64,000 nt of DNA from Promethearchaeota archaeon (GCA_048939015.1 JBHLPW010000001.1:16185-80184); one strand, 5' to 3'; positions 37,702 through 48,141 are shown, counted from the first letter of the stretch. A program made the numbers and translations. The notes: generated from the sequence alone by a model not told the origin.

Positions 37702-38748
37702 TTGACTGAAGAGATTCCAATTTGGCGAATAAAATACCATCCTAAGAATTTGGATAAAATTTATGGAAGAGAAACGGTTAAAAACATTTTAAAACATATT
37801 ATTCAACGAAATAATTTCCCTCATTTATTGTTTGTAGGAGTGAAAGGTATAGGCAAAACTACAATTGCTCAATTATTTTCAAAAGAATTTTTAGATAAAG
37901 ATTATGATGCTAATTTTAAATTAGTTTATGCGAATGTTCCTTTAACTGATGAAGAAAGAAAACAAGCAAGATCTGATGCATATGTTTCTACAAATAAAAT
38001 TGGTAGTAGTGCAGGAAGGAGAATTACAACACCAGCGTTTATTCAAGCAAGAATAAAGCCATTTGTTCAATTAAAAGTGTTAGGTAATGCTCCTTTCAAG
38101 ATTCTTGTCGTAAAAAACTTCGAAGCTTTAGGATCTAATCAACAAGGTTTTAGAAGATTGATGGAAATATATGGTACAAATTGTAGGATGATTTTAATAA
38201 CATCTAAAATATCGAGTGTTATTAATCCTATAGTCAGTAGATGTCAAATCATTTTATTCTCTCGTGTAAAATTCAATGAATTTAAAGAACTGATTCAAAT
38301 TATTGCTAAACAAGAATCCTTAGATATTAAAGATGAGATTATAGAGATTTTATATCGTATATCCGATGCTAAAATCTCTCAGGCAATTGATCTTTTACAA
38401 TTATGTAGTATTACTGGAAATATTATTAATACTGAAAGTCTGTATGAAAACGTTCAGAAATTTCATACGGATCTTATAAAGAGTCTTTTATTAGTCGCTC
38501 TTAAAGGAGATTTTCCGAAAACACGGGAATTAGCACGCAAAATCCTTTCGAATTATAAATTTAGTGCTCATGATTTGTATAAACTTTTGCTTATTGAAAT
38601 TAATAAATTACCACTAAGTAAATTTACGAGGATTAATTTAATTAATCTCATTGCAGATTCTGACTTTAGAACTCTTGATGGTAGAGATATTGATATTCAA
38701 ATATCTGCTCTTCTGTCGAAAATTTGTCTGTTTTCTGAAAATTTATGA
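37702..38748 (+). CDS. Divergent RFC small-subunit paralogue, Walker B degenerate
   Basis: TTG start. IWRIKYHPKNLDKIYG (box II), GVKGIGKTT (P-loop kept), ILVVKNFEAL in place of DEAD, SRCQIILF kept. About 50 aa inserted between the P-loop and the Walker B position. Confidence 0.7.
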   Translation: MTEEIPIWRIKYHPKNLDKIYGRETVKNILKHIIQRNNFPHLLFVGVKGIGKTTIAQLFSKEFLDKDYDANFKLVYANVPLTDEERKQARSDAYVSTNKIGSSAGRRITTPAFIQARIKPFVQLKVLGNAPFKILVVKNFEALGSNQQGFRRLMEIYGTNCRMILITSKISSVINPIVSRCQIILFSRVKFNEFKELIQIIAKQESLDIKDEIIEILYRISDAKISQAIDLLQLCSITGNIINTESLYENVQKFHTDLIKSLLLVALKGDFPKTRELARKILSNYKFSAHDLYKLLLIEINKLPLSKFTRINLINLIADSDFRTLDGRDIDIQISALLSKICLFSENL

Positions 38749-38777
38749 TAAAGATAATATTTATGTGAGTAATATAA

Positions 38778-40133
38778 ATGTCAAAAAAAGATTCAGATAT
38801 TCCATGGGTGGAGAAATATAGACCAAAAAGCATTAAGGAAATGGCTTTGCCCACAGCTAGACTTGGTAGACAACGAGTGAAATTAGATGAAGAATTAGAG
38901 CGTTTTTTAAGAAATTTCTTTAAAGAAAGAAAAAAAATTAATTTAGAAAATAAGGAAATTCGAGAATTTAATAGAAGAGTTATTGAAAAAGAGCAAAAAG
39001 AAGAAAAGCAAATATCTCCTGAGGCTGCCGCAGTTCTTTTGGAAGGACCCCCAGGTATTGGAAAGACATCCATTGTTTATGCTCTTGCTAATGATTTTAA
39101 TATGGAAGTTATAGAAACTAATGCCTCTGACACACGAACGAGGAGTACATTGGAAAAAAGATTAAAGGAAACCACCAAATCTCGTGGAATCATGGATTTT
39201 ATTATGGAATCAAAAGAAAAATTAATATTAATTGATGAAATTGATGGAATTTATGGAGTTCAAGATCGAGGGGCAATTCCAACTGTATTGGAATTAATTC
39301 AAAACACTCAGTTCCCAATCATAATGTGTTCAAATGAATATAAAACAAATCTACAACCTTTATATAATAAGATAAAGAGGTATGAGGTTCAACCCTTACA
39401 CAAGAATGAAGTAATCAAAATAGCTAAAGATATTCTAAAAAAGGAAAATATTACTAATCTTAAATCCGATGATTTAGAGTTAATTATAGATAAAAATAAT
39501 GGAGATTTAAGAGGTGTGATTAATGATATTCAAGGCATTGGTCAAAGTAAGATAGATCAAAATGTTCGGGAATTAATTCTAAATTTACATCGTGATACTC
39601 TAGAAGAGATTTTCTCACTAATTAGAGACTTATTTAAAGTATCATCTTTAAGAGAAGCTCGAAGTTTAGCTGATAAGTCCGATGTCGATTACAATTTTTT
39701 GTATAAATGGATAAATGAAAATCTACTTTCTTTCATAAAATCAAACAGGGATCTAGTTAATGCTTTTGAGAATCTCTCATTGGCAGATGAAATTTTTGGG
39801 AGAATCAATTCTACTCAATATTGGGGATTATTACCATACTTTTTTGATCTATTCGCTGGTGGAGTTGCTTTATCGCGAAAAGATACGACTATATCAAAAG
39901 GATTTCAAAGAGTTGTATTTCCAAGATATACAACTGGAACATATTTTTCTTTAACAAATGTTGAAATGGAATTCTTTGAAAAGATTACTAAAAAGTATGA
40001 AATCTCTCAAATTGATTTCATCCAAAATTTTCTTCCGTTTTTAAAAGTTTTATGTGGTTCCTCAAGAAAGCAACTTAAGAATGTAAGTGATTGGCTAGAA
40101 TTAGATGCTAAAGAAAAAAAAGTGTTAAAATGA
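38778..40133 (+). CDS. rfcL: Replication factor C large subunit
   Basis: PWVEKYRPKSIKEM, GPPGIGKTS, LILIDEIDGI, GDLRGVINDIQ. A charged ~35-aa insertion lies between box II and the P-loop. Confidence 0.85.
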   Translation: MSKKDSDIPWVEKYRPKSIKEMALPTARLGRQRVKLDEELERFLRNFFKERKKINLENKEIREFNRRVIEKEQKEEKQISPEAAAVLLEGPPGIGKTSIVYALANDFNMEVIETNASDTRTRSTLEKRLKETTKSRGIMDFIMESKEKLILIDEIDGIYGVQDRGAIPTVLELIQNTQFPIIMCSNEYKTNLQPLYNKIKRYEVQPLHKNEVIKIAKDILKKENITNLKSDDLELIIDKNNGDLRGVINDIQGIGQSKIDQNVRELILNLHRDTLEEIFSLIRDLFKVSSLREARSLADKSDVDYNFLYKWINENLLSFIKSNRDLVNAFENLSLADEIFGRINSTQYWGLLPYFFDLFAGGVALSRKDTTISKGFQRVVFPRYTTGTYFSLTNVEMEFFEKITKKYEISQIDFIQNFLPFLKVLCGSSRKQLKNVSDWLELDAKEKKVLK

Positions 40134-40426
40134 AATACATTTAATGCTAATTTTTCTTAATTTGAAGAATTAGTAAATATCTCCAAAAATGCGTAGATTA
40201 AAAGTTGGAAATAATTTGCTCTTTATTAAAATATAATGAATTTAACATCTAAGTTACCGAGATATGCAAGAATTTTAACAATATTTAATATAAAGTCGTA
40301 AACTTATGATTTAGTTATATTTGCTAAGTGTAATTTATTAAGTATATATTACCTAAAACAATTTAAATACTAAAGTACAAATTATCATTAGAATATAATA
40401 TGAAAATTCACGCTTAAAGAAGAAAA

Positions 40427-41050
40427 ATGACTGAAACTGAATTTAATGAAGAAAAAGAGACAGAAACTTTTTTATCTAAAAGCACAAGATTAATACTGCA
40501 AATTGTTGGGGCTGCTATTTTTGGAGCACTATCTTTAATTTTATCTCTTTATGTTGTACCATATTTACCAAGAACCCCACAGGGTTTTGCATATTTTGAT
40601 CCCGTTTCAATAATATGGTTTACATGTTTTTTAATATTTGGCCCATTAGCAGGAATTTTGTGTTGTGTAATTGGAATGTTAGTACTTTTTCCTTTTGATC
40701 CTTTTACTCCAATTGGTCCTCTTATGAAGTTTTCAGCCACATTTTCCTTAATGATTGTCCCTATATTACTATTATATCTTATTAATCGGAAAGGAGGAGG
40801 GCGAAAGAGCCAAAAATTAAAAAAACCGAAAACTTACATAATTTATGGGGCATTAGGTATATTAGTTAGAATAATTGTAATGGTAATTTTAAATATCGTG
40901 GTTTATCTAGCTTTCTATGGATCAGATGGATTAGAATATTGGATTATAATAGTTATTCTGCTTAACGCTTTAACGAGTGTATGGGATTTATTAGTTCCCT
41001 ATTTACTAGTTTTCATTCCAAAACTCGATCAAAAATTCGAAATTTGGTAA
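40427..41050 (+). CDS. Integral membrane protein (ECF-transporter S-component-like)
   Basis: 207 aa with about 6 TM helices. General S-component-like layout. Weak assignment. Confidence 0.45.
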   Translation: MTETEFNEEKETETFLSKSTRLILQIVGAAIFGALSLILSLYVVPYLPRTPQGFAYFDPVSIIWFTCFLIFGPLAGILCCVIGMLVLFPFDPFTPIGPLMKFSATFSLMIVPILLLYLINRKGGGRKSQKLKKPKTYIIYGALGILVRIIVMVILNIVVYLAFYGSDGLEYWIIIVILLNALTSVWDLLVPYLLVFIPKLDQKFEIW

Positions 41051-41151
41051 AATATTTTATTATATTCCACTTTTTTCTTTTTTAAACTCATTCTAATTAA
41101 AAATCGAATGAAATTTATTTTTTTAACCAAAATATATCTTAATAATTTAAT

Positions 41152-41964
41152 TTGGAGACGATTCAGATTTTAAATACAAATTTTAAGGATATAAGATATG
41201 CGTTTAAGCAGGGGATTGCGAAAATTACTATAAATCGTCCAGATAAGTTGAATGCTTTACAGTACCCTCTACTAATGGAAATTGCAGACGTTTTAAGCTC
41301 AATTAAGAAAAAGAAAGTTATTCGTGTTATCACTATTGAAGGAGCGGGTGAAAATTTTAGCTCTGGTGATGATATGAAAAGTATGGGACCTGAGGGCGTC
41401 AAATTCACACCATTAGATGATGGCTCACGTATGCCTCATCATAAAGTTGTTAGTTTAATACGGGAAATACAAAAACCCGTAATAGCTCTACTGAAAGGTT
41501 ATTGTTTAGGGGCAGGATTTGATATTGCACTTGCATGTGATTTTCGATTAGCAGCTGATAATTTAAAAATTGGAGATCATCGTACAAAAAGAGCTCATTG
41601 TATTTTAAGTGGAGCTAGTTGGTTCTTGCCTCGGATTATAGGATTTGGAAGAGCAACAGAAATAATTTTAACTGGGCGTCATCTTGATGCAAAGGAAGCT
41701 TTTGATATCGGATTAGTAACTAAAGTTTATCCACTAAATGAATTTAAAGAAAAATCAGACGAATTCATAGAAGAAATCGCAGAGATGCCGACAAAATGCT
41801 TAGGATATAATAAGACTATGTTGAACTTTTCCCAAATTAATGATTTATTTCCATCTTTACAAAATGAGTTTAGATTGTATTGTAAAAATATAAGGACTTA
41901 CGATTTTGGAGAAGGAATGAAATCTTTTATGAAAAAAAGAGAACCAAAATTCAGAGGACGATGA
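41152..41964 (+). CDS. Enoyl-CoA hydratase/isomerase (crotonase) family protein
   Basis: TTG start. ITINRPDKLNAL, EGAGENFSSGDD, PVIALLKGYCLGAGFDIALACD, C-terminal KKREPKFRGR. Confidence 0.8.
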   Translation: METIQILNTNFKDIRYAFKQGIAKITINRPDKLNALQYPLLMEIADVLSSIKKKKVIRVITIEGAGENFSSGDDMKSMGPEGVKFTPLDDGSRMPHHKVVSLIREIQKPVIALLKGYCLGAGFDIALACDFRLAADNLKIGDHRTKRAHCILSGASWFLPRIIGFGRATEIILTGRHLDAKEAFDIGLVTKVYPLNEFKEKSDEFIEEIAEMPTKCLGYNKTMLNFSQINDLFPSLQNEFRLYCKNIRTYDFGEGMKSFMKKREPKFRGR

Positions 41965-42024
41965 ATATTCATTCTTTTAAGGGGAATTATCTAACTTTAA
42001 AATTTAAGATTAATTTTTCTTGAT

Positions 42025-43287
42025 ATGGAATTAACAAAAACAATTCAAGAATTTTTACTAAAAGATGCTCTAGAACGATTTTTAAGATATGTTAAGGTTT
42101 GGACTACTTCAGATGAGAGTGTAGAAACTGTACCCACCACAACAAACCAACTAGAGCTTGGAAAGTTGCTAGTCAATGAATTAAAAAAGTTAGACTTAGA
42201 AAATATAATTCTTGATGAGTTTGGGAATGTATATGCCTTTTTACCTCCAAGTAAAGGGTTTGAAGGTATAGAACCTATTGGTTTTTTAGCTCATGTTGAT
42301 ACTGCACCTACAGTAAGTGGAAAAGATGTAAAGCCTGTAATTCACAGGAATTATAATGGAAATGAGATAAAATTCTCTCAAAATAAGGATCTAGTTTTAA
42401 ATATTGAAGATTCTCCTATCTTAGAAGAATATAAAGGTTTAGATATAATCACTTCTGAAGGTGATACACTACTTGGAGCAGATGATAAAGCAGGTATCGC
42501 TGAAATAATGGCCGCATGTGCAGCTTGGAAAAAATTTAACGAATTAAAACATGGCCCTCTCTTCATTTGTTTTACCACAGATGAAGAAACAGGTTTAGGA
42601 ATTGATATGGTTGATTTGAAGAGGCTTCCTAAAATTTGTTATACTGTAGATGGTGGTGAAATGGGTGAATTAGAATATGAATGCTTCGATGCTTGGTTAG
42701 CTCAAACAAAATTTATTGGTTTAAATGTTCATCCTGGAGAAGCTAAAAATAAAATGATTAATGCAATTCAGATTGCTTCTAGATTTTTTAGTGAACTTCC
42801 TGAATCAGAATCACCCACCCATACAGAAGAGAGGGAAGGTTTTTTTCATCTAACAAAATTACAGGGTACGGCAGAAGAAGCCACATCAAGAATGTTAATA
42901 AGAGATTTTTTAGAAGAAAATAACCATAGAAGAATGGAGTATCTAAAAAATTTAAAGAAAGCCTATGAAATTCGTTATCCAGGATTGAAAATTGAGTTAA
43001 ATCTTAAACACCAATATCAAAACATGATTGTTTATCTAGAAAAAAATACTAAAGTGGTTGATTTAGCTAAACAAGCTATTGAAAAGGTAGGATTAGAATT
43101 GAAAGTTCATCCTATTAGAGGCGGTACAGATGGAGCCCGGTTAAGTGCTAAAGGAATTCCAACCCCAAATATATTTTCTGGAGGTTTATTATTTCATTCT
43201 AGAAAAGAATTCATCCCAACATTAGCCTTGCAAAAAGCCTCTGAAGTTTTGATATATCTTTCCTACTTATGGACACAATATGAATAG
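42025..43287 (+). CDS. pepT: Peptidase T (M20B tripeptide aminopeptidase)
   Basis: FLRYVKVWTTSDE, LAHVDTAP, GADDKAGIAEIM, TTDEETG, IRGGTDGARLS. Confidence 0.85.
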   Translation: MELTKTIQEFLLKDALERFLRYVKVWTTSDESVETVPTTTNQLELGKLLVNELKKLDLENIILDEFGNVYAFLPPSKGFEGIEPIGFLAHVDTAPTVSGKDVKPVIHRNYNGNEIKFSQNKDLVLNIEDSPILEEYKGLDIITSEGDTLLGADDKAGIAEIMAACAAWKKFNELKHGPLFICFTTDEETGLGIDMVDLKRLPKICYTVDGGEMGELEYECFDAWLAQTKFIGLNVHPGEAKNKMINAIQIASRFFSELPESESPTHTEEREGFFHLTKLQGTAEEATSRMLIRDFLEENNHRRMEYLKNLKKAYEIRYPGLKIELNLKHQYQNMIVYLEKNTKVVDLAKQAIEKVGLELKVHPIRGGTDGARLSAKGIPTPNIFSGGLLFHSRKEFIPTLALQKASEVLIYLSYLWTQYE

Positions 43288-43301
43288 AATTGGTAAATCC
43301 A

Positions 43302-44090
43302 TTATAATCTATCTATTTCTAACATAGCAGATAATGCAATATCTCCTTCCAATTCGACACATTTTCTATATCGGTTTTCATTCCAAGAAATATGCCACCC
43401 TTCAAGAGGATTATAATAACTATAAAAAAAAGCACCGAAATTTATCTTATTTTTATTACATATGGTTGCAAGAACATTGAGTTCTCCATTTTCCATAGAA
43501 ATACAGCCCCTTTTCTGTAATTCAAAAATTTCTGACTTATTAATACGATAGAATGCTTCTTTACAAAAATTCTTCCCAATATGGTATTTTTCAGTTCTTT
43601 TTTTAGTTTCTTCGATAAAAATTTCTACAATCTCCTTTTTTAAATCAATATCTTCATTTGATTCTCTACCATAATGAGTACTTGTTCCATCCATCCCTAA
43701 GCCATGGGTAGGAATGAGATAATCAAGTAAGGTCACTTTATTACCTATTCCCCAAGAACCACAAACTAATAAAATAGTTTTTGCTCCACAATAGATTAAA
43801 TCTTCAGCAATTGAAGCTATAGGGGATGCTCCCATGGGAGGTATCAAAACTGTAAGTTGGATATCTTGATATTTGCTTCGATAAATGTATTCTGGTGCAC
43901 TATAGGGATGAAATGGTAATAACCATTCAATTTGGCTCAATTTAATTTTTTCCATTAAGTAATTCACAAGAAATCGAGAAAAAACAATCATAACACAGGG
44001 ATCAACATTAAAATCTTCCGGACTTTTACCAGAAGATCTTATAGCTGCTTGAATTACATCCTTTGATGTACAACATAAATTATTTTTCAT
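43302..44090 (-). CDS. Nucleoside phosphorylase family (PNP_UDP_1-like) protein
   Basis: PPMGASPIASIAEDLIYCGAKTILLVCGSWG, HGLGMDGTSTHYG and ISMENGELNVLATIC (EME motif position). ATG 44090 preferred over GTG 44102. Confidence 0.55.
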   Translation of the reverse strand: MKNNLCCTSKDVIQAAIRSSGKSPEDFNVDPCVMIVFSRFLVNYLMEKIKLSQIEWLLPFHPYSAPEYIYRSKYQDIQLTVLIPPMGASPIASIAEDLIYCGAKTILLVCGSWGIGNKVTLLDYLIPTHGLGMDGTSTHYGRESNEDIDLKKEIVEIFIEETKKRTEKYHIGKNFCKEAFYRINKSEIFELQKRGCISMENGELNVLATICNKNKINFGAFFYSYYNPLEGWHISWNENRYRKCVELEGDIALSAMLEIDRL

Positions 44091-44286
44091 TAAAAAAATC
44101 ACTTAAAGTAAATAAATGATCATATGTTCTTTTACCTCTTCTATATTTATAGATTATTCTTATCTTAGATAGTGTTGAGGGAATTTGTATTAAAAAATCT
44201 AGAAGAAGCATTGTATTGATTATTATTTTTATTAAAAAATTAAAAAAAAAAATTATTAGAAATTTTGAATTTTTACCATTTCATTT

Positions 44287-46005
44287 CTATATATTCAAAT
44301 AGTAGCAGTCTCTGACCCAATAATTGCCTTGGATGTTATAGCAGACTTCCTTTAGATCTGCATCATGTACATACATTACCATGTCATTTCCAACAGCTAA
44401 CTCAACATAGAGTTCATTAAGTGCTCTATTTTGAATTTTATATAGTAAATTAGCTCTTGTAGCTGTATCCAATGGATCAGTTTCTTGATATTGAGTTAAC
44501 CAATCCAAAATTTGTTGATCGTTGAGTTGTATGTGATTTGCGCTAGATGCATTATTCAATAAAGGTTCAATCATATTGAATGGATCTAAGTAATCTGGAC
44601 CCCATCCAGTATGGAATAATTCAAGTCTATCTTCGTTGTGGGTTGATACCCAAATGTAGGTCTCCCAGTCCATGATATCTGATACAAGGGAGATACCAAT
44701 TTTGTCCAAGTCTTGTCTGAAAGCTTCATTCATCTCTATACCTGTGGTCCATCCTTCATGTTCTAAGACCATATATGTGGCAAAAGTTTTGGCAGACCAG
44801 GCTGCATCATTAGTAGGATTAACTCCAACTGCTTCAGCTGTGAGTCCAGTTGCATCCCAACCCATGTCAGCACAAGCAGCTAACATTGCTTGTCTAGCAA
44901 TACCTGTATCATGGTGTGGTGCTTTAAATGATGCATTATAATATGGAAATCCTGGTGGTAGGAATTGTTCAGCTCGAATCATAAAGCCAAGACGGATTAT
45001 ATCGATATAATAGGAATAATTATAAGCGTAAGCAATAGCTTTTCTTACATTTGTATTGTTGATCTTATGGTTATTAATACCCCAATATCTGTAAATAGTA
45101 CTAGTATTTAAATTTACAAATTTTATATCTGGATCTGCTTGAAATGTAGCAATAAGAGATGTTAATGGGCCTCCAAGATAATCAACCTCTCCACCTAACA
45201 TAGCATTGTTAGCGGTTAAATCATCAGGGTAATACACCCAGATTATCTCATCCCAATAGGTAGAAGGCCCCCAATACATATCAAAGCGTTTAAACTTTAA
45301 TTCTTCACCTGGTATGTAGTGTACATATTCAAAAGGACCAGTTCCTACTAAAATATCATCTCCAAGGGTTAAATATTCTGTTGCAGAAGTAGATTCGGGA
45401 GATAGAATTGCGCAAGCATCATAAGATAATAAAGGAATAAACACACCATTTGGTTTATTCAAAACAAAAGTAACATTATAATCATCATTAACAATGGTTT
45501 CATTAAGAATTGGATCACCTTTCATATCGAAAAATAAGCTGGAAGGATCACATACATGAGAAGTATCAGGTAAAGTCCCAGACCAATTTGTAAAGTACAT
45601 AATCCTGTCAAAGGTAAATTTTACAGCATCTGCGTTAAATAGAGTTCCATCATGGAAATACACATTTTCTCTTAAAATGACGGTTAATTCAGTTTGAGTT
45701 GCATCCCAGGTAGGATATTCTGCGGCTAATCGCATTTCAAGAGCAAAATCTGGATCATATAAGTCATAGTACCATAAATTATCACAAATATGTCTTATCA
45801 TATCGTTTGATACACTATCCCATGAATCGGCTGGATCCAATACTGCAGGTCCTGAAGTTTCTGCATCTGCGTCTCTAAGTACATTCTTTTTTTCTGGTTG
45901 TCTTACTGTACCTGCACTTATTCCTAGGATAATATTTCCAACACCAGAAGCAGCAAGAACAATAGCTAAAATTATTATGGCTAAATTTTTTTTCTCCATT
46001 TCCAT
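44287..46005 (-). CDS. ABC transporter substrate-binding protein, family 5 (peptide/nickel type), membrane-anchored
   Basis: N-terminal TM anchor LAIIILAIVLAASGVGNIILG. SBP_bac_5-like landmarks are LTVILRENVYFHDGTLFNADAVKFTFDR, GTGPFEYV and WGPDYLDPFN. Confidence 0.75.
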   Translation of the reverse strand: MEMEKKNLAIIILAIVLAASGVGNIILGISAGTVRQPEKKNVLRDADAETSGPAVLDPADSWDSVSNDMIRHICDNLWYYDLYDPDFALEMRLAAEYPTWDATQTELTVILRENVYFHDGTLFNADAVKFTFDRIMYFTNWSGTLPDTSHVCDPSSLFFDMKGDPILNETIVNDDYNVTFVLNKPNGVFIPLLSYDACAILSPESTSATEYLTLGDDILVGTGPFEYVHYIPGEELKFKRFDMYWGPSTYWDEIIWVYYPDDLTANNAMLGGEVDYLGGPLTSLIATFQADPDIKFVNLNTSTIYRYWGINNHKINNTNVRKAIAYAYNYSYYIDIIRLGFMIRAEQFLPPGFPYYNASFKAPHHDTGIARQAMLAACADMGWDATGLTAEAVGVNPTNDAAWSAKTFATYMVLEHEGWTTGIEMNEAFRQDLDKIGISLVSDIMDWETYIWVSTHNEDRLELFHTGWGPDYLDPFNMIEPLLNNASSANHIQLNDQQILDWLTQYQETDPLDTATRANLLYKIQNRALNELYVELAVGNDMVMYVHDADLKEVCYNIQGNYWVRDCYYLNI

Positions 46006-46291
46006 AACAATTACACTTTTTTTTGTTTGTTTAGTTGTTTTTATATATATAGTAAAAAAAATTGCTCTTTTTTACTTAGTTTTTTAAATCTAAATTTTAG
46101 ATTAATTAAAACACGCTTTTCTCCTATATAAGGTTTTTATTTATTGTTTTTAGCAAATGTAATTTTCCAAAGTTTCGAGATACTATGTAAAAATTGATTT
46201 TTCCAATATTTCAAGATATTAGAGAATATATAAAAATCTTCACATTATTCATATATGTCAAGAAATTATGAATAATTAGAAATACCTAAAA

Positions 46292-46347
46292 ATTGAAGAA
46301 TTCTCCTAGAAGCAATACTTCTAGGAGAAGAGTAATCATTCTTCAAT
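46292..46347. other. Long interrupted hairpin in a 756-bp non-coding gap
   Basis: attgaagaa-ttctcctagaag-caata-cttctaggagaa-(gagtaatca)-ttcttcaat. The 12-bp perfect inner stem is 46301-46312/46318-46329. The 9-bp outer stem is 46292-46300/46339-46347. Confidence 0.5.
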
Positions 46348-46761
46348 ATAAAAATGGAAAAGAAAAGGGAGAGTTGATAAAATAATAAACATAAACCTAA
46401 TTTTATCAACTTATTAGCGTCAGGATATGTATATTTCGATTTCATTAGTTCACATTAATATTAATTTTGTTTATTTTTTATCTAATATAACTAATTTAGT
46501 TTCAAAGACTAATTCTATATTTCAAGTTTTACTTAAATTAAAACAACCCAATCTGCTATTTAAATCCCGATTATAACATTTCTCAGAAATTTTTATTTTT
46601 TAAAATATCATGATATCAAAAAGTACATAGTTTTTCAGATTATTCACAATATTAAAGAATTTTAAACTTTTTTAGGATATATTCAATCTGAACTGATATA
46701 TTATATCACGTCAAAATATTTGGACTATAGGTTTTTAGACTTTATTATGGTTTGAGAGTAA

Positions 46762-48012
46762 TTATTTTTTTTCTATAATTCTCGAAAAATCTGTTCTGAT
46801 AAAGACAAAAATACATAAAGATAGTAATAGTGAAATATAGAAAAATGCCCAAAAAAAAGAGAATAGATCATAAATTAATCCAAAAAGTAGGGATTCACTT
46901 AATGAGATAAGTCCCACAGAAAGGTAATAATAACCATATGCTCTACCTCTCTTGTTTTTACCCGCTAAATCAGCGATATATGCCCTTGAGATAGGATCCA
47001 CTGATGCTAAATAAAAACCATATAATCCATAAATGATAGTAATTATAATAAGTGAAAATAATGAAGATTCTATTGGAATCGCTAAAATTATTGAAGAAAG
47101 TAAAAGAGTAGATAATCCGCTAACAATTATAGGTTTACGACCGATTTTATCTGATAAAGAGCCCATTACAGGTGATAAAACCATATAAACTATGTTTGTT
47201 AACAAATAAAAGATAGGTATGAGAAATATTAATTCGGAAAAAATATAGTCTCTTGACCTAGCTTGAAGAAATACAATATCTAAACTCGCAAATTCAATTA
47301 CTCCTAGAATTACAATGAGTTTAATAAAATTCTTATCTAATTTATCCATTTTAGGTTCACTATGATGTTGTAATTTTGTTTCATCTATTTTAGTCGGATC
47401 AACGTCCTTAATAAAAAAAATTAATACAATCGCACAGATACCAGGAAAGATAGAAAAGAATATAATTTCAGAATAACTCCATGTCCAAAATAAAAATAAA
47501 AATGCAAGAAGAGATCCAACAACAGCCCCTAATGTATCCATTGCACGATGTACTCCAAAAGCTTTTCCTTTCTCTACTGCATAATAAGATATAAGGGTAT
47601 CTCTTGAAGATGTTCTAAGTCCTTTCCCAAATCTATCAGTTGCTTTCAATCCCAAAACCAATTCCCAAGAAGGGCTAAAGCCTATAAAAGGTTTAGAAAG
47701 ATTTGATATAGAATATCCTGCTACAACAAAGGGCTTTCTTCTATTAATTTTATCACTCATCCAACCAGATACACCTTTTAAAATATTAGCTAAAGCCGTT
47801 GTGATTCCTGCGATTAAACCTAAGATAAGTGTAGGATTTTTTTCTACAAGATCTATAATAAATAGGGGGAAAATACTCTGGATCGTCTCACTGGAGACAT
47901 CAGTGAAAAACGATACTAGTCCCATAATAAAAACTGGAACTGATACCCCTAAAATCATTCTTTTTTTCTGAAAATTTTTTTTATTTAGATCATTATTTTC
48001 AGATCGGGACAT
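46762..48012 (-). CDS. MFS transporter
   Basis: 416 aa with about 12 TM helices. MFS loop motifs GWMSDKINRRKP and GSLSDKIGRKP. Confidence 0.8.
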   Translation of the reverse strand: MSRSENNDLNKKNFQKKRMILGVSVPVFIMGLVSFFTDVSSETIQSIFPLFIIDLVEKNPTLILGLIAGITTALANILKGVSGWMSDKINRRKPFVVAGYSISNLSKPFIGFSPSWELVLGLKATDRFGKGLRTSSRDTLISYYAVEKGKAFGVHRAMDTLGAVVGSLLAFLFLFWTWSYSEIIFFSIFPGICAIVLIFFIKDVDPTKIDETKLQHHSEPKMDKLDKNFIKLIVILGVIEFASLDIVFLQARSRDYIFSELIFLIPIFYLLTNIVYMVLSPVMGSLSDKIGRKPIIVSGLSTLLLSSIILAIPIESSLFSLIIITIIYGLYGFYLASVDPISRAYIADLAGKNKRGRAYGYYYLSVGLISLSESLLFGLIYDLFSFFWAFFYISLLLSLCIFVFIRTDFSRIIEKK

Positions 48013-48062
48013 ATTTGATCAGGTAAACCAATCATACGTTTATTATAATGAATTTATTTAAT

Positions 48063-48088
48063 ATCGATTACCGATATCGATAATCGAT
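48063..48088. promoter_or_regulatory. 26-bp near-perfect palindrome between divergent MFS and PadR genes (candidate PadR operator)
   Basis: ATCGATTACCGATATCGATAATCGAT differs from its reverse complement at one symmetric position pair. Confidence 0.45.
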
Positions 48089-48141
48089 AATATTAAATTT
48101 GAGTGATAATTTATTAATATTATTAATTTTCTATTTTTTTA

